This document shows, piece after piece, positions 53,061 through 62,957 of a DNA stretch of 64,000 nucleotides. The notes beneath the pieces were generated by a model. It was given only the letters and a program-made list of their open reading frames with translations. It was not told where the DNA came from and did not search any database. Both the position numbers and the translations under genes were made by a program. The DNA is from Thermoanaerobaculia bacterium (lineage in GTDB: Bacteria > Acidobacteriota > Thermoanaerobaculia > UBA5066): contig JBBRRY010000014.1 in NCBI GenBank assembly GCA_038245905.1, positions 1-64,000 on the forward strand. Reading direction: 5' to 3'. Numbering within the stretch: the stretch's first letter is position 1; every line of letters starts with the position of its first letter.

Positions 53061-54479
53061 TCAAATGGCGAGTTTGCCGATCTCCGCCTCCGTCTCGTCG
53101 AGAAGTGTGCGGATCAGCTCCGGGTCTTCGTGCTCGGCGTAGATCCGGATGATGGGCTCGGTGCCCGAGAGGCGGTGCAGGAGCCAGCCGCGCGATCCGA
53201 AAACCAGCTTCACGCCGTCCATGTCGTCGATGCCGGTGACGCGCTGGCCGCAGCGCGAGGCCGGGGGACCGGACCTCAGGCCGTCGAGAAACGCGCGGAG
53301 TACGGGCATCGGGAGATGGAGGTCCCGCCGGCCGTAGTGGAGAGCGCCGTAGTCGGCGTCCTGCCGGGCGACGATGGCCTCGAGCGAGCCGCCCGAGTGC
53401 GCGATGGCTTCGAGGACGAGGAGGGCTGAGAGGATGCCGTCGCGCTCGGGGAGATGGAACGCGACGCCGAGGCCGCCGGACTCCTCGCCGCCGATCGCGA
53501 CCTCGCCGGAGATCATCTTTTCCGCGATGTGCTTGAACCCGATCGGGGTGACGTGGAGCCTGACGCCGAGGCTCTGTGCGACGCGGTCGAGGAGCATCGA
53601 CGTCGAGAACGTCTTCGCGATGCCTCCCCGGATCCGGCCGCGGCGCGTGAGACTCTCGGCGAGGAGCGCAAGCACGCGATGAGGGGTGACGAAGCGGCCG
53701 GAGGCGTCGAGGACGCCGAGCCGGTCACCGTCGCCGTCGCTTGAGAGAACGACGTCGAATTGCCCGCCGGAGAGGGCCTCCCGCGCGGCGCCGAGATTCG
53801 CCGGAATGGGCTCGGGATGGACGCCCCCGAAGAGAGGATCGCGGGTGGCGCGCATGGAAACGACCGTCGTGGGATGGGACGTGCCCACGATCTCCTCGAG
53901 AAGCGTCCCCGCGGCTCCGTGGATCGCGTCGAAGAGCACCCGGATCCCCGCCTCGCGGATCGCATCGAGGTCGACGAGGGCCGCGAGCGCGCCCCGGTAA
54001 GGTGTTGCGAGGTCCAGTGTTTCGACCGAGCCGCCGGCGCGCTCGGGCAGCGGCCGCCCGGCCGCGCGCGCGATGGCGTCGTAGGTCGCGGGCATGGCGC
54101 TGCCGCCGAACGACGACTTCACCTTGACGCCGTTCCAGGGTGCCGGATTGTGCGAGGCTGTGATGGCCAGCCCGGCTCTCAGCCCCCGCGTCGCCACGTG
54201 CCACGACGCGCACGGCGTCGGGACGGCGCGGTCGGAGAGGAGGACCCGGAACCCGCGTGTCGCGAGAAAGTCCGCGCTGTCCCTTGCGAGCTCGGGGGAC
54301 AGGAAGCGCGTGTCGAACACGAGAGGGAGCGTCCATGGGTCGCCCGGCTCCGTGTTCTCCTCGTCGATGGTCCAGGCGCCCACGGCGGTCACGACGTTTC
54401 GGACGCTGTCGAAGGTGAGCTCCCGGGCGATCCGGCCTCGCCAGCCGTCGGTTCCGAAGACGATGGAAGGCGCCGGCAT
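53061..54479 (-). CDS. Phosphoglucomutase/phosphomannomutase family protein
   Basis: FGTDGWRG, TASHNP, DGDGDR, GGEESGG, SGTEP. Confidence 0.92.
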   Translation of the reverse strand: MPAPSIVFGTDGWRGRIARELTFDSVRNVVTAVGAWTIDEENTEPGDPWTLPLVFDTRFLSPELARDSADFLATRGFRVLLSDRAVPTPCASWHVATRGLRAGLAITASHNPAPWNGVKVKSSFGGSAMPATYDAIARAAGRPLPERAGGSVETLDLATPYRGALAALVDLDAIREAGIRVLFDAIHGAAGTLLEEIVGTSHPTTVVSMRATRDPLFGGVHPEPIPANLGAAREALSGGQFDVVLSSDGDGDRLGVLDASGRFVTPHRVLALLAESLTRRGRIRGGIAKTFSTSMLLDRVAQSLGVRLHVTPIGFKHIAEKMISGEVAIGGEESGGLGVAFHLPERDGILSALLVLEAIAHSGGSLEAIVARQDADYGALHYGRRDLHLPMPVLRAFLDGLRSGPPASRCGQRVTGIDDMDGVKLVFGSRGWLLHRLSGTEPIIRIYAEHEDPELIRTLLDETEAEIGKLAI

Positions 54480-54569
54480 GTAAGGGTCGATTCTCGGGGA
54501 GCGCGCGCCGCCTGTCCAGCGCGGCCCGTGCTACGAACCCGTAGCGCGCGGGTCTAGAATCCGGTCCCT

Positions 54570-55163
54570 GTGTTCGTAAACGTCCCAAACGCGCTCACGC
54601 TGTTCCGCATTTTTCTCGTTCCGCTTCTCGTCGTCCTTCTTCTGACGAAGCTCCCGGCCCGTGAGTACATCGCGCTCGCCATCTTCCTCCTGGCCGCGCT
54701 GACCGACTGGCTGGACGGCTACTGGGCGCGCCGATTCAAGAAAGTCACGACGATGGGGACGCTCCTCGACCCCATCGCGGACAAGCTCCTCGTTTCGGCG
54801 GCGCTCATCTCCCTCGTCGACCTGCAGGAAGCGGATGCGTGGGCGGTCTGCATCATCATCGGGCGGGAGTTCGCGGTGTCGGGCCTGCGCTCGATCGCCT
54901 CGAGCCGCGGCATCACGATTGCCGCTTCGAAGCTCGGCAAGTGGAAGATGGTGACGCAGGTCGTCGGGATCTCGCTCATGATCCTCGGCGGAAAGCTCGA
55001 CGACATCGGACTCTGGCGCAAGACGGGCCGCGCGGCCCTCTACGTGATGACGGCGATGGCCCTGATCTCGGGCATCGACTACTTCCGCAGGTTCCTGAAG
55101 CCTCTCCTCGCGAAAGACCGCGAGGAGGAGGCCGCCCGGTCCGTGGGATCGGCGGGGGCTTAG
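54570..55163 (+). CDS. pgsA: CDP-diacylglycerol--glycerol-3-phosphate 3-phosphatidyltransferase
   Basis: PNALTLFRI, TDWLDGYWAR, GTLLDPIADK, REFAVSGLR, GKWK. Confidence 0.92.
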   Translation: MFVNVPNALTLFRIFLVPLLVVLLLTKLPAREYIALAIFLLAALTDWLDGYWARRFKKVTTMGTLLDPIADKLLVSAALISLVDLQEADAWAVCIIIGREFAVSGLRSIASSRGITIAASKLGKWKMVTQVVGISLMILGGKLDDIGLWRKTGRAALYVMTAMALISGIDYFRRFLKPLLAKDREEEAARSVGSAGA

Positions 55164-55861
55164 CCGGCCGCGCGCCTCCGGAACACCGCCTTTTCAATCG
55201 GCCGGCCCGTCTTCTGGAACTTCAGCTCGTAGCTCGTACCGGTCGACCAGTCTCCCGCCTCTTCCGCGGAGAGCTTCTCGAAACCCGATTCGCTCGAGAG
55301 CACGCCGTCGATCACCGAGAAGTACTCCTCGTGGTCGGACGCGACGCGCAGGAGGCCGCCGGGGACGAGGGCCCGCGCGGCCGCGGCGCCCCAGGCGGCG
55401 TCCACAAGGCGGCGCTTGTGGTGGCGCTTCTTCGGCCAGGGGTCCGGGAAGTAGACGTGCAGGGCCGCGAGGCAGCCGGGGGAGAGGCGTCGCTCGACGA
55501 ACACCTTTCCGTCAATCCGCTCGACACGGAGGTTGAGAAGGCCCGCGCGCCCGGCCCTGAGGCGCACGATCTCGGCGTACTCGGGCTCGATCTCGACGCC
55601 GAACCAGTTTCGCTCCGGGTGCGCGGCCGCGGCGGCCAGCAGAAAACGCCCCTTGCCGACTCCGATTTCCATCTCGACGGGGGCGACGCGTCCGAACACC
55701 CCGAGGAAATCGACGGGATCCGCATCCTCCGTCTCGCCCGGCAGGAAGATCTTCGGCGGAGGAATCCGCCCGAGATTGCGGGGAGCTTCGCCTCGCGGCC
55801 GGCGCGGCAGGGGCTCGGCTCCCGCGCGTCGGAGCGCCCGTCGGACGGACGGCCTAGACAA
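55160..55861 (-). CDS. trmB: tRNA (guanine-N7)-methyltransferase
   Basis: EIGVGKG, FPDPWPKKRHHKRR, TSYELKF. Confidence 0.9.
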   Translation of the reverse strand: MSRPSVRRALRRAGAEPLPRRPRGEAPRNLGRIPPPKIFLPGETEDADPVDFLGVFGRVAPVEMEIGVGKGRFLLAAAAAHPERNWFGVEIEPEYAEIVRLRAGRAGLLNLRVERIDGKVFVERRLSPGCLAALHVYFPDPWPKKRHHKRRLVDAAWGAAAARALVPGGLLRVASDHEEYFSVIDGVLSSESGFEKLSAEEAGDWSTGTSYELKFQKTGRPIEKAVFRRRAAG

Positions 55862-56147
55862 GGATGGCCCTCGGGATCACGATGACGCGGATGCCCACGT
55901 CGCCCTCGACTCTCGCCTGACAGCCGAGGCGCACGTTCTCCCCGAGGTCGTATGCGATCTCGTTTGGCTGGATCGGCGAGAGGTTCTCGGGATTGACGAC
56001 GCACGTCACGCGGCACGTCGAGCACGTGCCGCCCCCGCCGCACACGTGGCCGATCGCGATGCCGAGCTCCAGCGCCACGTCGAGCACCGTCCGGCCCGCG
56101 TCGACGTGGGCGCGCTTGCCCTCGTTCAGAAAGACGATCCTGGGCAA
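55854..56147 (-). CDS. 2Fe-2S ferredoxin
   Basis: CGGGGTCSTC and RLGCQ; start at TTG 56147 or CTG 56159. Confidence 0.8.
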   Translation of the reverse strand: MPRIVFLNEGKRAHVDAGRTVLDVALELGIAIGHVCGGGGTCSTCRVTCVVNPENLSPIQPNEIAYDLGENVRLGCQARVEGDVGIRVIVIPRAILV

Positions 56148-56155
56148 TGGGTCCC

Positions 56156-57163
56156 TCAGAGCCTCGAGAGGACCGACCGTGTGAACGTGTTCGTGGTCGC
56201 GGTTCCGCCGACGTCCCGTGTCCGGGCCGACCCTTCCTCGAGGGCGGCGAAGAGGGCTTTCTCGACGCGCGAGGCCGTTGCCTCGTCCTTGAGGTGGCGG
56301 AGCATCATCACGGCCGAGAGGAGGAGCGCGGTCGGGTTCGCGATCCCCTTGCCGGCGATGTCGGGGGCGGAACCGTGCACCGACTCGAAGATGGCGCATG
56401 TCTCGCCGAGATTGGCGCCCGGCGTCACGCCGAGGCCGCCCACGAGGCCGGACGCAAGGTCACTCACGATGTCGCCGTAGAGGTTGTCGAGGACGAGAAC
56501 GTCGAACTGCTTGGGGTTCATGACGAGCTTCATGCAGGCGGCGTCGACGATGACGTCGTTCACCACGATGTCCGGGTAGCCGGCTGCGACGTTGCGGCAG
56601 GAGTCTAGGAAGAGCCCGTCCGAGAGCTTCATGATGTTCGCCTTGTGGACGATCGTCACCATTCGCCGCCCGTGCGCCCGGGCGAACTCGAACGCGAAGC
56701 GTGCGATGCGGGTGGACGCCTTCTCGGTGATGATCTTGATGGACTCCACGACGCCGGGCACGACGACGTGCTCGATGCCCGAGTAGAGGCTCTCGGTGTT
56801 CTCCCGGACGACGACGAGGTCGAGGTCGCCGTAGCGCGCGGGGACGCCGGGCACGTTCTTTACCGGCCGGAGGTTCGCGTAAAGATCGAGCGCCTGCCGA
56901 AGCGTCACGTTCACGCTCTTGAAGCCCTTGCCGATCGGGGTCCCGACAGGGCCCTTCAGGCAGACCTTCGTGCGCTGGATGGAGGCGAGCGTCGCCGGAG
57001 GGAGCGGCATTCCGGCGACCTTGATGCTCTCTTCGCCGGCGTCATGGCGCTCCCAGGCGAGGTTGGCGCCGGCCGCGTCGAGGATGGCCGTCACGGACGC
57101 GGTGATCTCGGGGCCGATTCCGTCGCCGGGAAGAAGGGTCACGGTGCGGGGGGAGGAGGTCAC
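56156..57163 (-). CDS. NAD-dependent isocitrate/isopropylmalate dehydrogenase family protein
   Basis: GDGIGPE, LKGP, RENTE, HKANIMKLSDG, NLYGDIVSD, FESVHGSAPDIAG. Confidence 0.9.
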   Translation of the reverse strand: MTSSPRTVTLLPGDGIGPEITASVTAILDAAGANLAWERHDAGEESIKVAGMPLPPATLASIQRTKVCLKGPVGTPIGKGFKSVNVTLRQALDLYANLRPVKNVPGVPARYGDLDLVVVRENTESLYSGIEHVVVPGVVESIKIITEKASTRIARFAFEFARAHGRRMVTIVHKANIMKLSDGLFLDSCRNVAAGYPDIVVNDVIVDAACMKLVMNPKQFDVLVLDNLYGDIVSDLASGLVGGLGVTPGANLGETCAIFESVHGSAPDIAGKGIANPTALLLSAVMMLRHLKDEATASRVEKALFAALEEGSARTRDVGGTATTNTFTRSVLSRL

Positions 57164-57168
57164 GTTCT

Positions 57169-58443
57169 TCAGGCCTTTCGTGCGTCGGCCGGCGCCGGGG
57201 AAAGGGCCGGGACGCGGAGGACGCGGATGCGCTCGATCGCGCGAGGCGACGCGCGCTCAACGAGAAACTCGAGATCGCCTTCTCGGGTCCTGGCTCCGGC
57301 TCGCGGGATGCGGCCGAACTTGCGGAGCAGGAAGCCGGCGACCGTCTCGTCGTCGGAGTCGCCGAACGAGGCTCCGAGGTCCCGTTCGAGCGAGGCCAGA
57401 GGATACGCTCCTTCGAAGAGGAGCGAGGTCCCGTCGTGCTCGGGCTTTCCGGCGGGTTCGTCGTGCTCGTCGAAAATGTCGCCCACGATCTGCTCGATCA
57501 GGTCCTCCAGCGTGACGAGGCCGGCCACGGCGCCGCTCTCGTCGACGACGACCGCCATGTGAAAGCGGTGGCGCCGCATCTCGCGGAAGAGATCCTCCGA
57601 GCGCTTGAGCTCGGGCACGAAGATCGCCGGGCGGAGATAGCGGCTGAGCTCGAACGCCTTCTCCTCGGAGTCCGAGACGTCGAACAGGTCCTTGACGTGG
57701 AGGATGCCGATGATGTCGTCGGAGCTCTGACGGGTGACGGGATAGCGGCTGTACCGGTGCTCCCGGCACGCGGCCTCGACCTCGAGGAAGGTCGCGGCGA
57801 CGGGCAGGACGACGATGCGCGCGCGGGGCACCATCGCCTCCCGCACGGGAATCTGCCCGAAGGCGAGAACGGCGTGCAGAAGCTCGCTCTCCTCACGCTT
57901 GAGACCGCCATGTTGGCGCGAGAGGTCGATGACGCTCTTGACGTCGTCCCCCGTGACGTCCGCCGGCGCATCGGCGCCGAGCGGGCCCAGGATCCAGCGC
58001 GCCACCGCCGAGAGGAGGCGCGTCACGGGCGCAAGCAGGCGCACGAAGAGCTCCATCGGGCCGACGAAGAGGAGCGCCACCTGCTCGGGGCGCCGCGCGG
58101 CGATCGTCTTGGGAGTCACTTCCGCGACGACGAGGAGGAGCGCGGACGTCAGGACCGTCGCGACGAGGACGCCCCACTTCTCGCCGAGGGCGACGATGGC
58201 GAGGCCGGCCCCGAGCGAACCCGCGGCTGCGTTTGCCAGCGTGCTACCGACGAGAAGAGTTCCGATCGTGCGCGGCAGATCGTCCCGCAGCCGCTCGAGC
58301 CGCGCGGCCTTTCTCTCCCCGGAAGTCCGGAGCCGGAAAACGGTCGCCTCGGAGAGAGACGTGATCGCGGTTTCCGCCGAAGAGAAGAACGCGGACGCCG
58401 CCGCGCAGAGGACGTAGAGGACGATGAGAATCGTGAACGTCAT
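57169..58443 (-). CDS. CNNM/hemolysin family protein (DUF21 + CBS + CorC)
   Basis: SAFFSSAETA, EVTPK, MVPR, YSRYPV, GILHVKD, GLVTLEDLIEQIVGDIFDE. Confidence 0.88.
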   Translation of the reverse strand: MTFTILIVLYVLCAAASAFFSSAETAITSLSEATVFRLRTSGERKAARLERLRDDLPRTIGTLLVGSTLANAAAGSLGAGLAIVALGEKWGVLVATVLTSALLLVVAEVTPKTIAARRPEQVALLFVGPMELFVRLLAPVTRLLSAVARWILGPLGADAPADVTGDDVKSVIDLSRQHGGLKREESELLHAVLAFGQIPVREAMVPRARIVVLPVAATFLEVEAACREHRYSRYPVTRQSSDDIIGILHVKDLFDVSDSEEKAFELSRYLRPAIFVPELKRSEDLFREMRRHRFHMAVVVDESGAVAGLVTLEDLIEQIVGDIFDEHDEPAGKPEHDGTSLLFEGAYPLASLERDLGASFGDSDDETVAGFLLRKFGRIPRAGARTREGDLEFLVERASPRAIERIRVLRVPALSPAPADARKA

Positions 58444-59270
58444 CGAGTCTCTCCGGCGTCAAGCGCCCAGCCGGCGCCGCTCCGGACCACCGGAAGCGGC
58501 ACGAGGGACTCTCCCTCGCACGGGCCGGCGATGCACAGTCCGCCTTCCGGGTCGAAAAGAGCTCCATGGTTCCGGCAGACGAGAAAGGCGCCGTCGGCCG
58601 TGAGCAGCGGCTCGCCGCCTCGGTCGAGCGGAATCGCCACGTGGGGGCACACGTTGCGGAAGGCGCGCGCGCCGTCCGGAGCGGCCACGAGGATCCCGGA
58701 CACGGTTCCATTTCCATCGGAGCGAGGCTTGCGGAAGGCGAACGCGCGGAGAGAGGGGAGAGACTCGGAATTTTCTATGAAAGGGGAGCGGGAAGCGAAC
58801 GCGCGAACGTGCTCCCGGCCTTCGTCGGACTCTGTGTCGGCGAATGTGCTGCCTGAGGACTCGTCGAGGAGGTGGCGGAGGGCCGCGGCGTCGGCAGGGG
58901 GCGTCGGCAGGAGCCGCGCTTCAGGCGCGGGCGAGAACCTCACAGCGTCGACACCGGCAGCGCGCGGCTCCCCGGCCAATCCCCCGACTCGAAGAAATAA
59001 CAGCGTCACATGCTGCGATGAGCCGCCCGGAGCCGCTCCTGCGACGGTCTCGAACCTCCAGGGCTCGAGGGCGACGGGAGTCACGTCCATCTCCTCGCGC
59101 CACTCGCGGACGAGCGCGTCCTCGGGCGTCTCTCCCGGTTCCACCTTTCCGCCGGGAAACTCCCAAAGGCCGGCCCATGCGCGGCCGGCCGGCCGGCGCG
59201 CGAGGAGAAGCCGCCCCTCCCGCACGAAGACTCCAGCCACGACGAGAAGCGTTCCCGGCGCCGCGCTCAT
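58440..59270 (-). CDS. MutT-type Nudix hydrolase fused to a Rieske [2Fe-2S] domain
   Basis: WEFPGGKVEPGETPEDALVREWREEM Nudix box; NVCPH...LVCRNHGALF Rieske ligands; ATGA overlaps on both sides. Confidence 0.8.
   Translation of the reverse strand: MSAAPGTLLVVAGVFVREGRLLLARRPAGRAWAGLWEFPGGKVEPGETPEDALVREWREEMDVTPVALEPWRFETVAGAAPGGSSQHVTLLFLRVGGLAGEPRAAGVDAVRFSPAPEARLLPTPPADAAALRHLLDESSGSTFADTESDEGREHVRAFASRSPFIENSESLPSLRAFAFRKPRSDGNGTVSGILVAAPDGARAFRNVCPHVAIPLDRGGEPLLTADGAFLVCRNHGALFDPEGGLCIAGPCEGESLVPLPVVRSGAGWALDAGETR
58768..58784 (+). repeat. Dispersed motif copy at the Nudix-Rieske linker
   Basis: GAATTTTCTATGAAAGG preceded by GGAGAGAGGGGAGAGA. Confidence 0.5.
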
Positions 59271-60220
59271 CGCCGCACCGCCGCGCGCGCATTCCTCACG
59301 AGACCGTCCCGCGTCGCGCGCCAGACCGCGGAGCCGAAGAAGCGCGCGCGAAATCCCTCCTCCGAGAGCGCGAGGATCTCCGTGGGGTCGAGGGACGCGG
59401 CCCCGCCGAACGGCACGGCGCCGCGGGCCTCGTTGAAGGGACAGACGTCCTGGCAGTCGTCGCAGCCGAAGAGGCGGCCCGAGAGGGCGGCCTCTTCCTT
59501 CGCCGTGAAGGGCGTCCGCTTCTCGATCGTGAGATAGGAGAGGCACTTCCGCGCGTCGAGAACTCGCGGTTCCACGAACGCCTGCGTCGGGCAGGCGTCG
59601 AGGCACGCCGTGCACGAACCGCAACGGTCGGCTCCCGGGTCGGCGGGCGCCGCCGTCGGAGCGAGCGCGACGTCGGTCAGGATCTCGCCGAGGACGACGT
59701 GCGAGCCGAGGCCCGGAACGATCAGGAGCCCGTTCTTCCCGATGAAACCAAGACCGGCGCGGACGGCGAGCTCGCGTTCGAGAAGCGGCGCGGTGTCGAC
59801 GCACACGCGGAAGTGACTGCCCCGCGGCGCGAGCGGCCTCAAGTCTTCGACGACCTCCTTCAGGTGCCGGCGGACGACCCGATGGTAGTCCTCTCCGCGG
59901 GCGTACTGCGCCACGTTTCCGGGACCGACGCCGGGGATCGCGCGGGCGACGGCGAGGACCGACTTCGTGAACGGAAGGATCGCGTCGAAGCGCATGCGTG
60001 CCGCGGCGTCGCGCTCGAGATACGCCATTTCCCCGTGGAACCCGTTCTCGAGCCACGCGCGGTAGCGTTCGAAAGAGAGCGGCTGGGAGGCCGCGAGGAC
60101 TCCCGCGGCCGCGAAGCCGCGTGCGCGCGCCGCATCGACCGCCGCCCGTGAGAGGCCGGCGGGATCGTCCGGGACAGGCGGGGGAGGCTGGCGGGGAGCG
60201 CGCGAGGCGGCGGGCCGCAT
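59267..60220 (-). CDS. queG: Epoxyqueuosine reductase
   Basis: GEMAYL, YARGEDYH, VDTAPLLER, CGSCTACLDACPT, CLSYLTIE, GCDDCQDVCP. Confidence 0.92.
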   Translation of the reverse strand: MRPAASRAPRQPPPPVPDDPAGLSRAAVDAARARGFAAAGVLAASQPLSFERYRAWLENGFHGEMAYLERDAAARMRFDAILPFTKSVLAVARAIPGVGPGNVAQYARGEDYHRVVRRHLKEVVEDLRPLAPRGSHFRVCVDTAPLLERELAVRAGLGFIGKNGLLIVPGLGSHVVLGEILTDVALAPTAAPADPGADRCGSCTACLDACPTQAFVEPRVLDARKCLSYLTIEKRTPFTAKEEAALSGRLFGCDDCQDVCPFNEARGAVPFGGAASLDPTEILALSEEGFRARFFGSAVWRATRDGLVRNARAAVRR

Positions 60221-60263
60221 GACACTTCAGTCTAGCAACCCATTTCGTATCATCCCCGTACCC

Positions 60264-61358
60264 ATGCCGCCACGCACGCACACGCACCCGTACGCGCTCG
60301 CGTTCGTTCTCGTCCTCGTTCTTGGAACGGGCGTCCTCTGCTTCGTCGTCCTCCGTCCCTTCATGACCGCGATCGCATGGGGCGCGATCCTCGCGGTTGC
60401 CCTCTGGCCGCTCTGGCGGCGCCTGAAGGCGCGTCTTCCCGGACGCACGACGCTCGCCGCCGCCGTCTTCTCGGTCCTGGCGGGTCTCGTCGTCCTGCTT
60501 CCGGCCGTCCTCCTCGGAAAGGCGATCGTGAATCAGGCGTCGGACGTGGTGACGAGCGTCGGAGAGAAGCTCCGCGCCCGGGAGCTACGGTCGCTCGAGG
60601 ATGTGCTGGCGGTGCCGGGCGTCGGCCGAGCGATCGCGTGGGTCCAGACGCGAACCGGGCTCTCGGCCGACGAGCTCCAGACGAAGGGCGCCGAGTTCGC
60701 GGCGCGGGCGTCGGCGGTGCTCGCGGCCCAGGGCGGAACCGTCGCGCTCTCGCTGATCGAGGCGATCCTCACGTTTGTCCTCACCTTGTTCCTGCTGTTC
60801 TACCTTCTCGTCGACGGGGAGAGCATTGCCGAGGCCGTCAGCGACCTCATCCCGATCGACGACGCCGTCCGTCACGGGATCATTCAGTCGCTCGGCGGGA
60901 TGATGGAATCAATCTTCAAGGGCTCCCTCGTGTGCGCGGTGGTTCAGGGCGCGTGCGGCGGCTTCGCCTGGCTGGTCGCGGGCTTCCCGTCGGCGATTCT
61001 CGCGGGCGTCGCGATGGGGATCTTCTCCCTGCTCCCGATTGGCGGCACGGCGATCGTCTGGCTGCCGGGGCTCGTCGTGCTCTTCATACAGGGGCGGACC
61101 GGGATGGCGATCTTCTTCCTGCTCTGGAACGTGCTCGTGACGTCCATCCTGGCCGACAACATCCTGAAGCCGCTCCTGATCGGCGACAAGGACACGGACA
61201 TGTCGACTCTGGTCGTCTTCCTGGGGGTTTTTGGCGGCATCCCGGCCTTCGGGCTCCTGGGCGTCTTCATCGGCCCGATGGCGCTTGCCGTGGGCGTGAT
61301 GGTAGTTCGCGTGCTGCGCACTCTCGCACGCGAGGCGCGTGTCAGCGGATCAGCTTGA
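60264..61358 (+). CDS. AI-2E family transporter
   Basis: Multiple TMs; DNILKPLL, GVFGG..AFGLLGVFIGP; ATG 60264 preferred over 60219, which overlaps the queG start. Confidence 0.85.
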   Translation: MPPRTHTHPYALAFVLVLVLGTGVLCFVVLRPFMTAIAWGAILAVALWPLWRRLKARLPGRTTLAAAVFSVLAGLVVLLPAVLLGKAIVNQASDVVTSVGEKLRARELRSLEDVLAVPGVGRAIAWVQTRTGLSADELQTKGAEFAARASAVLAAQGGTVALSLIEAILTFVLTLFLLFYLLVDGESIAEAVSDLIPIDDAVRHGIIQSLGGMMESIFKGSLVCAVVQGACGGFAWLVAGFPSAILAGVAMGIFSLLPIGGTAIVWLPGLVVLFIQGRTGMAIFFLLWNVLVTSILADNILKPLLIGDKDTDMSTLVVFLGVFGGIPAFGLLGVFIGPMALAVGVMVVRVLRTLAREARVSGSA

Positions 61359-61464
61359 CGATCAGCACCTGAAGGACCGCGCCTGTGGCCGCGAGCACGA
61401 GAACAAGAATGACCCAGGGAATCAGGTGGTCGTAGCGGGCCGCCGCATCCCTCAGTTTCTGCAT
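61342..61464 (-). CDS. Small (40 aa) single-pass membrane protein
   Basis: GAGGAG SD, MQKLRDAAARYDHLIPWVILVLVLAATGAVLQVLIVKLIR*; below ORF-track cutoff. Confidence 0.5.
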   Translation of the reverse strand: MQKLRDAAARYDHLIPWVILVLVLAATGAVLQVLIVKLIR

Positions 61465-61504
61465 GAGGCTCCTCATCTTCGATCCCGCTTAATATAAGCG
61501 ACGG

Positions 61505-62938
61505 ATGAGTGACAAGCCTGAGGACGCGGCGAAACGCGACGTCGCGGCTCTCGCCGCCGATCTGGCGGGCCAGATCGCATCTCTCTCGGCGTTCGCCGGC
61601 TCGGGTCTCGCGTCACACGGGTTCAGAGGGGCACCCCTCGGTTCCACGGCGGGCGTACCTGGATACGCGGGGCCGCGGACGATGCTGGAGAACGCCGGGC
61701 GTTTCGTGTCGCCCGTGCTCCCGGCCGGAGCCGCGCTGCGCCCCCTCAAAGCTGCCCTCCTGCGCGTGCTCCGGATCGTCACGCGGGACCAGACGACGTT
61801 CAATTCCGCGCTTCTCGAGGCCCTGCGCGGGGCGCTGGTCGAGACGGAGGCGAGCCTCAGCGGTCTCGCGTCGGCGTCAAAGGAGGCGGAAGAGGCTGCG
61901 CGGCGCGCGGAGGCCGCCACGGGCGTGGCGACGGAGCGCCTGGAACGGGCGGTCGCCGACCTTTCGGCTCTCTCGGCGCGGGTCGGAAGGGAAGCCGCAG
62001 CTCGTGAGAACGCGGGCCGCGACCTCGCGGGGAGCCAGCGCCGGCTGGATGACCTCGAAAAGGACCGCGACGCGCGCTTCGAGACGCTGGCGCGGGAGAG
62101 GGAGAGAGAGTCCGAGAAGTCCGGAGAGATTCTCAGAAGGTTGGATGACGCGAGCGAAGGGCTCCGGATGCTGCGCCTCGAATGGTCCTCCCTTCGAAGC
62201 AATTTGCAGGCGATCGCGACTGATCGAACGCCGGTCGAGCGGGCCGCCCTCGCGACGACCGGTTCGAACTTACGCCCCGAAGACCCCTTGCGAGCGGGCC
62301 TCTACGTCGACTTCGAGGAGCACTTCCGGGGCAGCGAGGCCGACATCCGCGAGCGCCAGGCGAAGGACGCGGCCCGGTTCCGGGGCGCGGTGCTTCCCGT
62401 GGCCGATCTCGGCTGCGGCCGGGGGGAGTTTCTCGAGGCGCTGAAGGCGGAAGGCGTGACGGGAATCGGCTGCGACGCGAATCCCGTCATGGCGACGCGC
62501 GCGACCGAGAAGGGTCTCACCGTCGATGCTGCGGACCTTTTCGCGTGGCTCGGCGCGCGCGGGGACGGCTCGCTCTCGGGCATCACGGCGTTCCAGGTCG
62601 TCGAGCACCTTGCTCCGGCTTCGCTGTTCGACCTCGTAGGGTTGGCCGTCCGGAAGCTCGCTCCGGGGGGCCGTGTCCTCTTCGAGAGCGTGAACCCCGA
62701 GTCCGTCTACGCGATGCGGTGGTTCTGGATGGACCTCACGCACGTGCGGCCCGTGCCGGCCCCCGCCCTCGCGCAGCTTTTCCGGGCGTCGGGCCTCCGA
62801 GATGTCGAGGTGGATTTTCGCTCGCCGGTGCCCGACGCGGAGGGTCTGCCCGCGGGTGTCGCGGAGGACCCGCGCTTCGCGCCGCTCGCGCGTCTCCTCT
62901 TCGCGCCGCAGGATTACGCCGTCACCGGCGTGAAGTAG
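61505..62938 (+). CDS. Coiled-coil + class I SAM methyltransferase (polysaccharide-associated)
   Basis: Long heptad region, YVDFEEHFRGS, DLGCGRGEFL, FQVVEHL, FWMDLTHVRP, QDYAV. Confidence 0.8.
   Translation: MSDKPEDAAKRDVAALAADLAGQIASLSAFAGSGLASHGFRGAPLGSTAGVPGYAGPRTMLENAGRFVSPVLPAGAALRPLKAALLRVLRIVTRDQTTFNSALLEALRGALVETEASLSGLASASKEAEEAARRAEAATGVATERLERAVADLSALSARVGREAAARENAGRDLAGSQRRLDDLEKDRDARFETLARERERESEKSGEILRRLDDASEGLRMLRLEWSSLRSNLQAIATDRTPVERAALATTGSNLRPEDPLRAGLYVDFEEHFRGSEADIRERQAKDAARFRGAVLPVADLGCGRGEFLEALKAEGVTGIGCDANPVMATRATEKGLTVDAADLFAWLGARGDGSLSGITAFQVVEHLAPASLFDLVGLAVRKLAPGGRVLFESVNPESVYAMRWFWMDLTHVRPVPAPALAQLFRASGLRDVEVDFRSPVPDAEGLPAGVAEDPRFAPLARLLFAPQDYAVTGVK
62126..62204. 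repeat. Dispersed motif, degenerate convergent pair
   Basis: + GAGATTCTCAGAAGG 62126-62140 after a GA-rich tract; - CCTTCGAAGCAATT 62191-62204. Confidence 0.4.
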
Positions 62939-62957
62939 GAAGGCCAAGGGGAGAGAG

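Noticed and set aside
58440-60287. 615-aa ORF as listed in the track
   Set aside because: The upstream half is an alternate frame of queG; the real gene starts at ATG 59270.
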